Shown here piece by piece: positions 26,265 to 35,147 of a DNA stretch of 64,000 nucleotides. The notes under the pieces were generated by a model. The model was not told where the DNA came from, ran no database searches, and saw only the letters and a list, made by a program, of their open reading frames with translations. Origin of the DNA: Patescibacteria group bacterium (GTDB lineage Bacteria > Patescibacteriota > UBA1384 > XYA2-FULL-43-10 > 1-14-0-10-43-13). The stretch is from positions 21,561 to 85,560 of the forward strand of contig JBAZBD010000001.1 in assembly GCA_041671645.1 (NCBI GenBank), read 5' to 3'. A program made the translations under genes and the position numbers. Positions within the stretch are counted from its first letter, which is position 1. Each line of letters starts with the position of its first letter.

Positions 26265-27576
26265 TTTGTTTGAATTGATATGAATTTAGCCAAGCCAAGA
26301 AGACCCAAAACGAAATTACATACAAAGTAGAGAAGAAATTATATTGGATCAGGACCGCCAGCATGCCGAGAGAGAGCGCAATCACCGTAGATTTTTGAGC
26401 GAGCGGAAGTGATCGGGTCGCCTTCCGAATTTCGATCGCCAAGAAGACCAAGAAAAGAAGGAAGAGAGTGAGTCCGACAGCACCGTTCTCAGCTAACAAT
26501 TCCAAATATTCGTTGTTAACTATCAGATACTGGCCGTTTGCAAGCTGTGCAGCCGGAGTGTAAAGATAGCCGAAGCTGGCTGGACCGGCGCCAAAAATTG
26601 GCTTTTTCTTAAATGAATCTATGGCCGAGCCATAAAATCCAAGCCGTTCGAAAGTCGAGTAGTCCGACCTCTGGCTCGGGACAACGTTGGTCGTCTGCTG
26701 TAAAAAACTTGAAGTTAGCTGAACTTTTTGGCCGTCCTTTGGTGGGTTCTTGATGTCTCTAACCATTTGATTGAGCCAAATCAGACCAAAACAGATGCCG
26801 AGAGATAAGATGAATGCGACAATGCCGCCGCCGATCTTGGCAAAACGATTGGCGATAGTCTTATTACAGATTATATAAATCAGGAAGATCAGTAGAGCCA
26901 CGCCCATGCCCAAGAAAGCGCCTCGTGACATTGTGAGCAGAAAGTTCACCAAGAATAGTACGATCAGCCAAAAAGTTGAATTGAAAAACTTAGCTCCAAA
27001 GATATATTTTCTCAGAGATATAAGGATCGGGATGATTAGAAAGTTTGCAAAATATAACGGCTCCAAAGCGACAGATTGAATTCGGGCAAAGCCAAAAACT
27101 TCCTTGGTATAGCGTTGTAGCAAGCCAGTAAATGTTGTCGGGGCGTCAAAAGTGTCTCCCAGGAATTGTACAAGACCGAAAATAGAAATGAAAATAGCAG
27201 CGGCAATTAGGAATTTTTCAATTTTCTCAAAGCTAATCTTGGCGATAACGCGAGAAAAGGAGAAATAAATCAAAAACATAAACAGCCAGAGCAAGGTGAA
27301 AATTAGTCCGCGTTTGGTCGGTGCAAGCATGAAAGAGATCAAGTCTGAGATGAATAATCCGACCAGGATAACCTCAGACCCTCTGAATTTGACAAATTTA
27401 TCCTTGCGAAAGAGGAGGCCAAAAAGCCAGCAGGAAAGGAAAGCGATAGCCAAGAGATAGCTGATCTTGACCGTGAACCCTCCAACGTCGAAAGTCGGGA
27501 TTCGTTCGAAAGGCAGGAAAAAAAAGATGGCTAGGACGAGGCCTGATAGGATGTTTGGTAGAGTAACTTTCTTCAT
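26254..27576 (-). CDS. O-antigen ligase/polymerase-like membrane protein (Wzy_C family), paralogue 3
   Basis: Polytopic protein with MSRGAFLGMG and NNEYLELLAENGAVG motifs. It has a larger extracytoplasmic loop (residues ~270-340) than the other two paralogues. Confidence 0.7.
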   Translation of the reverse strand: MKKVTLPNILSGLVLAIFFFLPFERIPTFDVGGFTVKISYLLAIAFLSCWLFGLLFRKDKFVKFRGSEVILVGLFISDLISFMLAPTKRGLIFTLLWLFMFLIYFSFSRVIAKISFEKIEKFLIAAAIFISIFGLVQFLGDTFDAPTTFTGLLQRYTKEVFGFARIQSVALEPLYFANFLIIPILISLRKYIFGAKFFNSTFWLIVLFLVNFLLTMSRGAFLGMGVALLIFLIYIICNKTIANRFAKIGGGIVAFILSLGICFGLIWLNQMVRDIKNPPKDGQKVQLTSSFLQQTTNVVPSQRSDYSTFERLGFYGSAIDSFKKKPIFGAGPASFGYLYTPAAQLANGQYLIVNNEYLELLAENGAVGLTLFLLFLVFLAIEIRKATRSLPLAQKSTVIALSLGMLAVLIQYNFFSTLYVISFWVFLAWLNSYQFKQNEK

Positions 27577-27692
27577 AGATTTATTATACCTTATTATTTA
27601 TATTTTTTTTGGTGGGGTAATTGCCTCATAAAAAGCAAATGCCCCCAGGCAAGGGCTTAAAAGTTGTATGAAGCTATGATAAAATTAGTTTG

Positions 27693-28871
27693 ATGATATT
27701 GTCAAATTGGGACAGAAAATTTGTGTCTGCTATTCTCTGCGTATCCGTGTTTTCTCTGACGCTCGCGGCAATGCAAAAAGTTCATGCTGAAATCAACAGC
27801 ACTGATTTTGTAAATAATAAATCCTACAACAATCTGATCTCCAACAGGGACTTTATCGATATCGGATCGATGACCCAGGACGAAATTCAAGCCTTCCTCA
27901 ATACTAAGGCCTCTTATCTAAAAGAATTTTCTGAGGGTGGCAAGAGCGCTGCACAAATTATTTATGAGGCGGCTCGAGGCAAGAAAAATACTGCCGCCAG
28001 AGATGGCGAGGATTACAGCACTTATCTAGGTGAAACATATAAGAATGTCACGGTCAACGAAAGCACCGGCACCGTGAGCCCCAAAGTACTGCTTGTGATG
28101 CTGCAAAAGGAACAAAGCTTGATCACTCGAACTGAACGCAACGATGACGCCCTAACGATCGCCATGGGCTACGGCTGCCCCGATTCGAGCAGTTGCTCCA
28201 GTCATTATTTCGGCTTTACTTTCCAAGTCGAATGGGCGGCTTGGCAATTGCGTTACAATTATGGACGCTCACAAGGTAAAGGAACCGATTTTCAGGTCGG
28301 CCAGACGATGACCGGGGTAGACGGACAATACGATGTCACATTTATGAACGAAGCCACAGCTTCGCTCTATCGCTATACTCCGCATGTTTTCGATAGCGCC
28401 TATAATTTTATGAACTTGTATGATAGTTGGTTCACTACCCACGCCGATAGTGAAAGTGACGACACGGCCAACTTCACCCTCAAAACTTATACTAACGCCC
28501 AAAAAGTTTCTGGCGGGAAAAGAAGCGACACTATCGCTTATCTGAACAACAGCCCCCTAAGCGACGGTGGGCTCGGATCTAGAAGTTGGAATATTAATTT
28601 TACCGATCTGGCTTACGGGACCAATAATTACACCTTAGAATACAAGGACGCGGGCGGTACTCTGGTCGATACAAAATCGATAGTGATCGAGATTCACAAA
28701 CCTGGCGATATCGACGGCAATAACGCCGTCGACGTCCAGGACCTTTCGATTTTCGCCGCCTACTGGTCGCAGATCAATCCAGAGGAGCCACTGGCCAATT
28801 TGACCGGTGAAGTCGGCCATGCCATTAACGTTCAGGATCTTTCAATCTTGGCGGGGTATTGGGGAAAGTAG
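27693..28871 (+). CDS. Secreted protein with C-terminal dockerin-like module
   Basis: N-terminal signal/anchor (FVSAILCVSVFSLTLAAMQKVHA), a conserved unknown central domain (LLVMLQKEQSLI..AMGYGCPD) and a C-terminal duplicated segment, GDIDGNNAVDVQDLSIFAAYW ... INVQDLSILAGYW. Confidence 0.6.
   Translation: MILSNWDRKFVSAILCVSVFSLTLAAMQKVHAEINSTDFVNNKSYNNLISNRDFIDIGSMTQDEIQAFLNTKASYLKEFSEGGKSAAQIIYEAARGKKNTAARDGEDYSTYLGETYKNVTVNESTGTVSPKVLLVMLQKEQSLITRTERNDDALTIAMGYGCPDSSSCSSHYFGFTFQVEWAAWQLRYNYGRSQGKGTDFQVGQTMTGVDGQYDVTFMNEATASLYRYTPHVFDSAYNFMNLYDSWFTTHADSESDDTANFTLKTYTNAQKVSGGKRSDTIAYLNNSPLSDGGLGSRSWNINFTDLAYGTNNYTLEYKDAGGTLVDTKSIVIEIHKPGDIDGNNAVDVQDLSIFAAYWSQINPEEPLANLTGEVGHAINVQDLSILAGYWGK
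28704..28868 (+). other. Dockerin-like module (two ~22-aa repeats, first with canonical Ca-binding loop)
   Basis: DIDGNNAVDVQD fits the D-x-D-x-N-x-x-x-D-x-x-D EF-hand-like loop of type I dockerins and is followed by an LSIFAAYW helix. The second repeat keeps the helix (VQDLSILAGYW) but has a degenerate loop. Confidence 0.55.
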
Positions 28872-28978
28872 TTACAATTTTTAATTACTAATTTTTAATT
28901 TCTAATCAAATCTTAATCATTAAAAATTTTAAATTGATTAAAACTTAGGAAATACGAATTAAGAATTAAAAGGATAAT
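28872..28978 (+). repeat. AT-only intergenic cassette, copy B (related to 12618-12711)
   Basis: It reads AATTTTTAATTACTA..TTTCTAAT..ATCATTAAAAATT..GAATTAAGAATTAAAAGG with the inverted repeat AATTTTTAAT/ATTAAAAATT. It has the same block order as copy A read on the minus strand. Confidence 0.5.
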
Positions 28979-30232
28979 ATGAAGAAAAATTTGTTAGTAT
29001 GCGTATCGGCGTTCTTGTCAGTTTTATTTTTGCCCACGCTTGCCATGGCGGCTGGTATTTCTGTCTCGTCTGGCAGTCTGAAATACCCAGGAGATGAAGC
29101 TACTGGCACCGTTACGGCTAGCGGCACTACTTTTAATGCCTTTTCGGGGACGATCGGGTCCGGCGGCGTGATCAAAATAGTGAGCTGTTCTCCTGGAGAT
29201 GCCCTCTGGGTAAACAAGCCAAACGGAGCTGGCAGTTTTGCCGGAGCTTTGACTGAGCCAGTTTCCTCATTTCGGATCGCTTCCTGCAAATTGAGAGCTA
29301 GTACGACAGGCAGTGGAACATTCTCTGTCTCTGGAGTATCTCTGGCCGACAAAGGACCTATCGTCGGGACTGATGGCGACAGCACATCCTTCAGCATCGT
29401 TCGCCGTCCGACGCCCCCAGGTGCTATCTCCATCTCTTCGGCGACTCACGCTGACCAAAATACGTCCTACGAAGCGAACACCGTCATCTTGTCCTGGGAT
29501 CGGCCAAGCAATATTACCGGTTTCTCCTATCTTCTCGATCAGACCGCTGACACTATTCCTGGCGCGAAGGTGACCTCCAATGAGATGACCGTCACTTATG
29601 CGGATCAAGCAATCGGGACATATTATTTCCATATCCGAGGACAGAACAATGATGGCTTTGGCGACACTTCGCATTTCAAAATTATGATCAAGGAGCCAGA
29701 TCCAAAGATTAAGGAAGAAATTGCCAAACCCTCCGATATTTCAATCTCAAAAACAAGCGACTTCAAAAATATTATAGCTGACGGCACCGCATCAGGTATC
29801 AAGATCTCAGGCCTGACACTGCCAGAGTATATGGCTAACATCAAATTGGAACCATCGCCAAAGATACCTGAGGGCAAATTGATGTCGGCCAAGGCTGACG
29901 CCAATGGCAGATTTGAATTCCTGATCGACTTTCCGATACCAGCAGGGTCGTATATTTTGACAGTTCAGGGTCAAAACAACAAAACTTTAACCCCAGTCTC
30001 CGATCCGATTCGCTTCGAGCTCTCTCAAAAAGAGGGTGGATCAATCCAAATTGTTACGGCAAGCGATGAAAATGTCCCCATTATTCCACCCAAGAAATGG
30101 CATGAAAAAGTAAATTGGTTGGCGGTTTCTATCGCAATAGCTTCGCTTTGGTTGATTTCCGCAGCCATAATTGTTACTTTGGCAGTAAGGAAAAAGATAA
30201 ATTTGAAGAAATTCACTAAATTGATTGGTTAG
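28979..30232 (+). CDS. Cell-surface protein: signal peptide, cohesin-like domain, conserved THxDQ/YxLD domain, Ig-like region, C-terminal TM anchor
   Basis: Signal peptide MKKNLLVCVSAFLSVLFLPTLAMA. Residues 25-141 have the cohesin-like pattern (SSGS..FNAF..LWV..P..F.G..TGSGTFSVSGVSLADKG), followed by ISSATHADQ...GFSYLLDQTADTIP...YYFHIRG. The C-terminal TM is WLAVSIAIASLWLISAAIIVTLAV. Confidence 0.55.
   Translation: MKKNLLVCVSAFLSVLFLPTLAMAAGISVSSGSLKYPGDEATGTVTASGTTFNAFSGTIGSGGVIKIVSCSPGDALWVNKPNGAGSFAGALTEPVSSFRIASCKLRASTTGSGTFSVSGVSLADKGPIVGTDGDSTSFSIVRRPTPPGAISISSATHADQNTSYEANTVILSWDRPSNITGFSYLLDQTADTIPGAKVTSNEMTVTYADQAIGTYYFHIRGQNNDGFGDTSHFKIMIKEPDPKIKEEIAKPSDISISKTSDFKNIIADGTASGIKISGLTLPEYMANIKLEPSPKIPEGKLMSAKADANGRFEFLIDFPIPAGSYILTVQGQNNKTLTPVSDPIRFELSQKEGGSIQIVTASDENVPIIPPKKWHEKVNWLAVSIAIASLWLISAAIIVTLAVRKKINLKKFTKLIG
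29051..29401 (+). other. Cohesin-like beta-sandwich module
   Basis: The pattern resembles the cohesin-domain surface proteins annotated in many uncultivated small-genome bacteria. This is recognised from memory and not HMM-verified. Confidence 0.45.
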
Positions 30233-31660
30233 ATGAAAGAAAAACGAGCCATTTTTATCAGTACCGCTTCGCAAATAATTGTGCGATTTTTCACCTTGGC
30301 CTTTACTCTTATCGCGGTCAAACTGATCACAAACTATCTGGGAACCAAAGGAACCGGTGATTATAACACTATTAATACCTTCCTGGGCTTCTTCATTGTC
30401 ATTGCTGACCTCGGTCTATTCTCTGTAGCCGTAAGGGAAATCGCCAAAAATCCAGAAAAAGAGAGAAAAATTCTTTCGAATGTCCTGGCGATTAGAATTA
30501 TTACCGCGATCTTGGCTGTTATCTTTGCGGTGATAATAATGTTTTCTACAAAGTTCAGCCCAGAAGTAAAATTTGGCACTTTGGTCGGAAGCGGTTTTAT
30601 TTTCTTCAATCTGCTCTCGAGCGTTTACGATGTCGTTTTGCAGTACAAATTGCAGATGCAGTTCTCTGCGCTAGCTGAGTTTATAACTCGAATTATTACT
30701 CTGATCGCCCTGTATATCGTAATCAAAAGTCATGGGAATTTTTACTTGATCATGGCGACACTTACCTTTTCGGCGATACTAATATATTTCTTCAAAAAGA
30801 TTTTTTCTGATCGTCTGGCTAAATTCAGACCGGAATTCGACCAGAAAATATCAAAATGGATCTTCGATCTCGCTTGGCCTCTGGGAATCGTCTTCGTCAT
30901 GAATAATCTGTTTTTCAAGATCGACACTCTGATGGTAGCCTGGATCAAAGGATCGGTTGCTGTCGGGATTTATTCAACAGCTTACAAAGTGATCGAGGTG
31001 ATAGTTTTCATGGGCGGTTATTTTGCTAGTAGTTTGAAGCCTGTCATCTCCCGAGAGATAGATCGCGACAAAGAAGGCGTAGCCCGCATAATTCAAAAAT
31101 CGGTAAATATTATGCTGATTCTTTCCCTGCCGGTCACTATCATCTCAGTCGCCTTTTCCAGAGAGATAATCCTCTTTATTAGTAGCCCAGATTTTGCAAT
31201 TGGCGCGAAGGCCCTAATTGTCTTGTCCTTCACTCTACCATTTATTTATCTTGACACCTTGCTTGGTGAAGTGCTCCTGGCCAGCAACGCTCGGAAGTTA
31301 CTTGTCAAAATAGCTGTTTTTATCTTGGCTTTCAACTTTTTGACGAATCTTTACTTCATTCCGAAATACTCATACATGGGCGCCGCCTTTACGACCCTAA
31401 TGTCAGAAATAGTCTTGTTTGGCGTAAATTATTACTATACTAAGAAAATATTGCCCTATTCATTCGACAAAAAAATGATCGCAAAGATATTCGCGATTTC
31501 CTTGATCTCTTATTTTTTCGCCGTAGCGGTGAAACAGGCCACTTCTTGGCACTTCCTGATTATTATGGCTCTGACACTAGTTCTCTACATTCTTTTGCTT
31601 AATGCATGGAAGATACTCACTCTCGCAAGCTTGAAAGAACTGCGTAAAAGCGACCAATAG
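30233..31660 (+). CDS. Polysaccharide flippase (Wzx/MOP superfamily)
   Basis: 475 aa with about 14 TM segments and an N-terminal pattern typical of polysaccharide-biosynthesis (Wzx) proteins. The ATG directly follows the TAG of the cohesin-like gene. Confidence 0.75.
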   Translation: MKEKRAIFISTASQIIVRFFTLAFTLIAVKLITNYLGTKGTGDYNTINTFLGFFIVIADLGLFSVAVREIAKNPEKERKILSNVLAIRIITAILAVIFAVIIMFSTKFSPEVKFGTLVGSGFIFFNLLSSVYDVVLQYKLQMQFSALAEFITRIITLIALYIVIKSHGNFYLIMATLTFSAILIYFFKKIFSDRLAKFRPEFDQKISKWIFDLAWPLGIVFVMNNLFFKIDTLMVAWIKGSVAVGIYSTAYKVIEVIVFMGGYFASSLKPVISREIDRDKEGVARIIQKSVNIMLILSLPVTIISVAFSREIILFISSPDFAIGAKALIVLSFTLPFIYLDTLLGEVLLASNARKLLVKIAVFILAFNFLTNLYFIPKYSYMGAAFTTLMSEIVLFGVNYYYTKKILPYSFDKKMIAKIFAISLISYFFAVAVKQATSWHFLIIMALTLVLYILLLNAWKILTLASLKELRKSDQ

Positions 31661-31662
31661 CG

Positions 31663-32535
31663 CTATTTAGCTTTGATTAAATCAAAGTCCTTTTTGGCTT
31701 GAGCAAAGGCCCAAAAAGGAGTTTTGAGCGCTTTTGCTTTTCCCTTGCCATAGAAGAACATGCAGGCTAGTATCGGCCTTAGTTTGCGCCAGAAGAAACA
31801 CAGAAGATAGATATGTGAAAAGTTCTTCAGGAAGAAATAGTACTCGTTGTGGAAAAAGTCAAAGTACCAATCAATCCGTGATTTTTGGCGGCCACCACCA
31901 CTTTTGTGGGCCAGATGGATAATTTCGGCCTCTGGATCAAAAATTATTTTGTAGCCAGCGGCCACGACTCTCAAGACAAAATCGCTCTCTTCTCTCATGG
32001 CGTTGCCAATATAATTCTCGTCATAATAGCCAGCTTTGGCGATTATCTCTCGGTAAATAGAGAAGTTCCCTCCGGCGACCGTGTTCACTTCTTCTCGATC
32101 ACGGCTGGTCCAGTTGACGATAATATTGCCAGTCTTGGTGATATGGTTGGCCTTGCCGGAAGTGAAAACCCCCTTTTCATGAGGTAGGACGACTCGTCCA
32201 GTCACTGCAGAAATGCTCTTGTCCTCATAATTCTTGAGGTGCTTGGCTAGAAATCCTTCGACCGGGATGATGTCGTCATCGAGGAATAATACTAATTCCC
32301 CTGTCGCCTTCCGAGCAGCGAAATTCCTGGCGGCTGGCGCGTTTGGCACATCCAAATGAAAATATTTGATAATCGGAATTTTGGCCACAAAATCGAGGAA
32401 AGGTTTGTCGACATCTTCAGACTGATCGATAATCAAAATTTCCTCAATCAAAGATTTTTCTCGAAGCAAAAGATCGATTGTATCTTTGAGCACACCGTAT
32501 CGATTGAGAGTTGGGATGATAATTGAAAATTTCAT
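31663..32535 (-). CDS. Glycosyltransferase family 2
   Basis: MKFSIIIPTLNR start, a DQSED motif and the LFLDDDIIP DxD motif; 290 aa. Confidence 0.8.
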   Translation of the reverse strand: MKFSIIIPTLNRYGVLKDTIDLLLREKSLIEEILIIDQSEDVDKPFLDFVAKIPIIKYFHLDVPNAPAARNFAARKATGELVLFLDDDIIPVEGFLAKHLKNYEDKSISAVTGRVVLPHEKGVFTSGKANHITKTGNIIVNWTSRDREEVNTVAGGNFSIYREIIAKAGYYDENYIGNAMREESDFVLRVVAAGYKIIFDPEAEIIHLAHKSGGGRQKSRIDWYFDFFHNEYYFFLKNFSHIYLLCFFWRKLRPILACMFFYGKGKAKALKTPFWAFAQAKKDFDLIKAK

Positions 32536-32543
32536 ATTTAGTC

Positions 32544-33545
32544 TTAATTAATTCCTGAAACTTCGTCGAGCATCCAACTTGATTGTCGCCTTGAGGCCCA
32601 GCCAGAATAGCGACGTTTGCATTTGATAATGAGTGAAGCCAACGATGGGGACAGAGCCAGGATTGATCTCATCAATTCTCGGCTTCTGCTTGAGATGTAT
32701 TTTTCTGATTCCTGATAGTTTGACTTGGCCTTCTCGTAATCCTTCGCTTCTAGGTAATAATTGCCGAGTCGAATCAGGTAAGTCCCGATTTGGCTCTGGA
32801 CGAAAGTTTTATCAACAGGATCGAGCTCCCATGTACCATCTATTTTTTTGTAGCAATAGACCAGATCGATCAGCATTTTGTCTACTCTGTGAGAGAGGCT
32901 GGTACGATGGAATCTCCAACGAAAGAGCGGCTCCGAGATAAAGGTAAGTTGTCCCTCTCGAGCTAGACGAAGCCAAAGCTCATAATCATCAGCGAGCTTC
33001 ATCTTTTCGTCGAAACCGCCGAGTTTCTTCAAAACTGACGCTCTAACCACCGCGCCAGTCGTCGTCAAGATAAAATTCTGCTTGATTAAAGCCTTCAAAA
33101 TACTCTTTTGGCTTGGCACAGACTCAATCTCGGGCCATCGGGCGGCAAGATCAATCTTTTTGACATCATCGAAAATGAAACCATTGGCGAAATTGGCAAC
33201 TGCGTCAGAGTTTTTCTCGAGAGAATCGACTTGTTTGGCCAGCTTGGTCGAAAGCCAAAGATCGTCATGGTCAGAGAAGGCAATATACTTGCCACGAGAA
33301 TTTTTGATTCCGGTATTTTTGGTCCCAGCCGGCGCACCAGCGTTCTTATCGTGTTCTATGAGACGCAGTTTGTCGCCATAACTCTTGATTATCTCAACTG
33401 AATTGTCGGTCGAGCAATCGTCAACTAGAATCAATTCAAAATCTTTGAACGTTTGGCCAAGGACTGAGTCTATTGTTTGTCGCAGATTTTTGGCGCCGTT
33501 GTAAACCGGAATGATGATCGAAACCAGCGGACTTTTATCGCCCAT
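32544..33545 (-). CDS. Glycosyltransferase family 2 with TPR-like C-terminal tail
   Basis: VSIIIPVYNGAKNLRQTIDSVLGQTFKDFELILVDDCSTDNS and FSDHDD motifs. The C-terminal region YLIRLGNYYLEAKDYEKAKSNY is TPR-like. Confidence 0.8.
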   Translation of the reverse strand: MGDKSPLVSIIIPVYNGAKNLRQTIDSVLGQTFKDFELILVDDCSTDNSVEIIKSYGDKLRLIEHDKNAGAPAGTKNTGIKNSRGKYIAFSDHDDLWLSTKLAKQVDSLEKNSDAVANFANGFIFDDVKKIDLAARWPEIESVPSQKSILKALIKQNFILTTTGAVVRASVLKKLGGFDEKMKLADDYELWLRLAREGQLTFISEPLFRWRFHRTSLSHRVDKMLIDLVYCYKKIDGTWELDPVDKTFVQSQIGTYLIRLGNYYLEAKDYEKAKSNYQESEKYISSRSRELMRSILALSPSLASLIIKCKRRYSGWASRRQSSWMLDEVSGIN

Positions 33546-33586
33546 AGTATTCCTGAAAATTTAATAGTTTGATATATTAAAATTAC

Positions 33587-34684
33587 ATGATAATCGGCGT
33601 TGATACAAGAGAATTGGGCGAGAGGAAGACTGGCAAGGGCTGGTATGTTTACCATGTCCTGAAAAGGATGCTGGAAAGAGATCACGAAAATACCTATCTT
33701 TTGTATTCTAACAAAGAAATCGATTTTCCTCACTTCAAAAATGCCAAACTGGTCAAAGTCGAGAGCGGAGGGATTGGTTGGCATTTCAAGGTAAACAGTC
33801 GATTGGGAAAGGATGGGGTCGATCTATATTGGGCTCCGACTAGCCCAATCGTACCAGCAATCGCCAAGATCCCGACCGTTCATACCATCCATGATCTTTC
33901 AAACTTGATCTTCCCCCAAACACACACCTGGAAAGGAATCTTGGTCGACAAAATTTTCACTTATTGGGCAGTCAAGAGGACGAAAAAAGTCATAACTATT
34001 TCAGAGGCGACCCAAAAAGATATCTTGAGTTTCTATCCTTTCGCAAAGGGAAAAATTGAGATTACGCCGCTCGGCTTCGACCAAGCTTTCAAACCCATGA
34101 CTGATAGCGAAATCGCACCAATTCTGGCGGAAGACAAACTCAAACCTGGCTATATTCTCTTCGTCGGGACACTCGAGCCCAGGAAAAATATTGAGACGAT
34201 ACTAGGCGCATTTGCCAAGTTAGACCCCAAAACGCAAGAAGCTCATCCGCTCATAATTTGCGGCAAGAAGGGTTGGCTTTATGAGAATATATTTGCCAAA
34301 GTCGATCAGCTGAATCTCAAAGACAAGGTCAAATTCCTGGAGCACAAGGGGCTCAGAGAGCTACCAGCGCTTTATAATGGGGCTTCGGTCTTCGTCTTCC
34401 CGTCTCTATATGAAGGGTTTGGTTTGCCACCGCTCGAAGCAATGGCCTGCGGCAAGGCAGTCATCGTAAGCAATGTTAGCTCTCTGCCAGAGGTAGTCGG
34501 AGACGCTGGCATTTTGATAGAGCCAAAAGACGCCGATAATCTGGCACAAAATATTACAAAAATACTAAGCGACAACAACTATCGCCAAGATCTAGAGCAA
34601 AGAGGATTGAGAAGAGCGAAAGAGTTCTCCTGGGAAAAAACTGCCGATCAGACCAGAGACATACTGTCGAATATATTGAAATAA
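33587..34684 (+). CDS. Glycosyltransferase family 4
   Basis: PSLYEGFGLPPLEAMACGKAVIVSNVSSLPEVVGDAG (EX7E region); 365 aa. Divergent from the GT2 genes. Confidence 0.85.
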   Translation: MIIGVDTRELGERKTGKGWYVYHVLKRMLERDHENTYLLYSNKEIDFPHFKNAKLVKVESGGIGWHFKVNSRLGKDGVDLYWAPTSPIVPAIAKIPTVHTIHDLSNLIFPQTHTWKGILVDKIFTYWAVKRTKKVITISEATQKDILSFYPFAKGKIEITPLGFDQAFKPMTDSEIAPILAEDKLKPGYILFVGTLEPRKNIETILGAFAKLDPKTQEAHPLIICGKKGWLYENIFAKVDQLNLKDKVKFLEHKGLRELPALYNGASVFVFPSLYEGFGLPPLEAMACGKAVIVSNVSSLPEVVGDAGILIEPKDADNLAQNITKILSDNNYRQDLEQRGLRRAKEFSWEKTADQTRDILSNILK

Positions 34685-34685
34685 A

Positions 34686-35147
34686 CTATTTGTTCTGCCA
34701 GTCGTTGTGGAAATAAAATGATGGAATCTTCTCACGAGATTCCTCTTTTTTTGGCTTGTTTTTTTCGAGCGATATCCAAATTAGAAAATTGAATAATCCG
34801 ACGGGCAGAACGATCAGAATCGCAAAATAGAGATAGTTCACAATTAACTTCGTCGAGAGATAGATATCATCACTAGTCAGCCAAAGATAGGGCGCAGGAA
34901 TCTTCTTGAAGAAGAGTAGGAGTGCCATCGTCGTAATGATCAGTAAATTAACGATGTAACGTAATTTGACCTGGGAAAGAAACAGCAGGACGCCAGACAA
35001 TAGCGCTGCAAAACGAAAACGTCCGCCCCATTCTGGATGGTAGAAGGCTAACGTGAACATGATGATTATCAAAAGAGCAAATACCGATCTGATCGGAGAC
35101 TCGCTACTTTCGTTTTTTTCTTGTGGGGGCTGCTGGGGGTGGGTCAT
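34686..35147 (-). CDS. Small polytopic membrane protein, unknown function
   Basis: 153 aa with 4 predicted TM segments. The start overlaps the upstream gene by 44 nt, and an alternative internal start cannot be excluded. Confidence 0.4.
   Translation of the reverse strand: MTHPQQPPQEKNESSESPIRSVFALLIIIMFTLAFYHPEWGGRFRFAALLSGVLLFLSQVKLRYIVNLLIITTMALLLFFKKIPAPYLWLTSDDIYLSTKLIVNYLYFAILIVLPVGLFNFLIWISLEKNKPKKEESREKIPSFYFHNDWQNK

Noticed and set aside
27518-27525. Homopolymer A8/T8 tracts inside glycan genes, considered as possible phase-variation sites. They occur at 27518-27525 in Wzy_C paralogue 3, and near 41775, 42207, 42776 and 45147.
   Set aside because: They encode ordinary Lys/Phe runs in AT-rich genes, and 8 nt is short for efficient slippage. 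Only the non-triplet (GGAATTT)4 repeat was kept as a finding.
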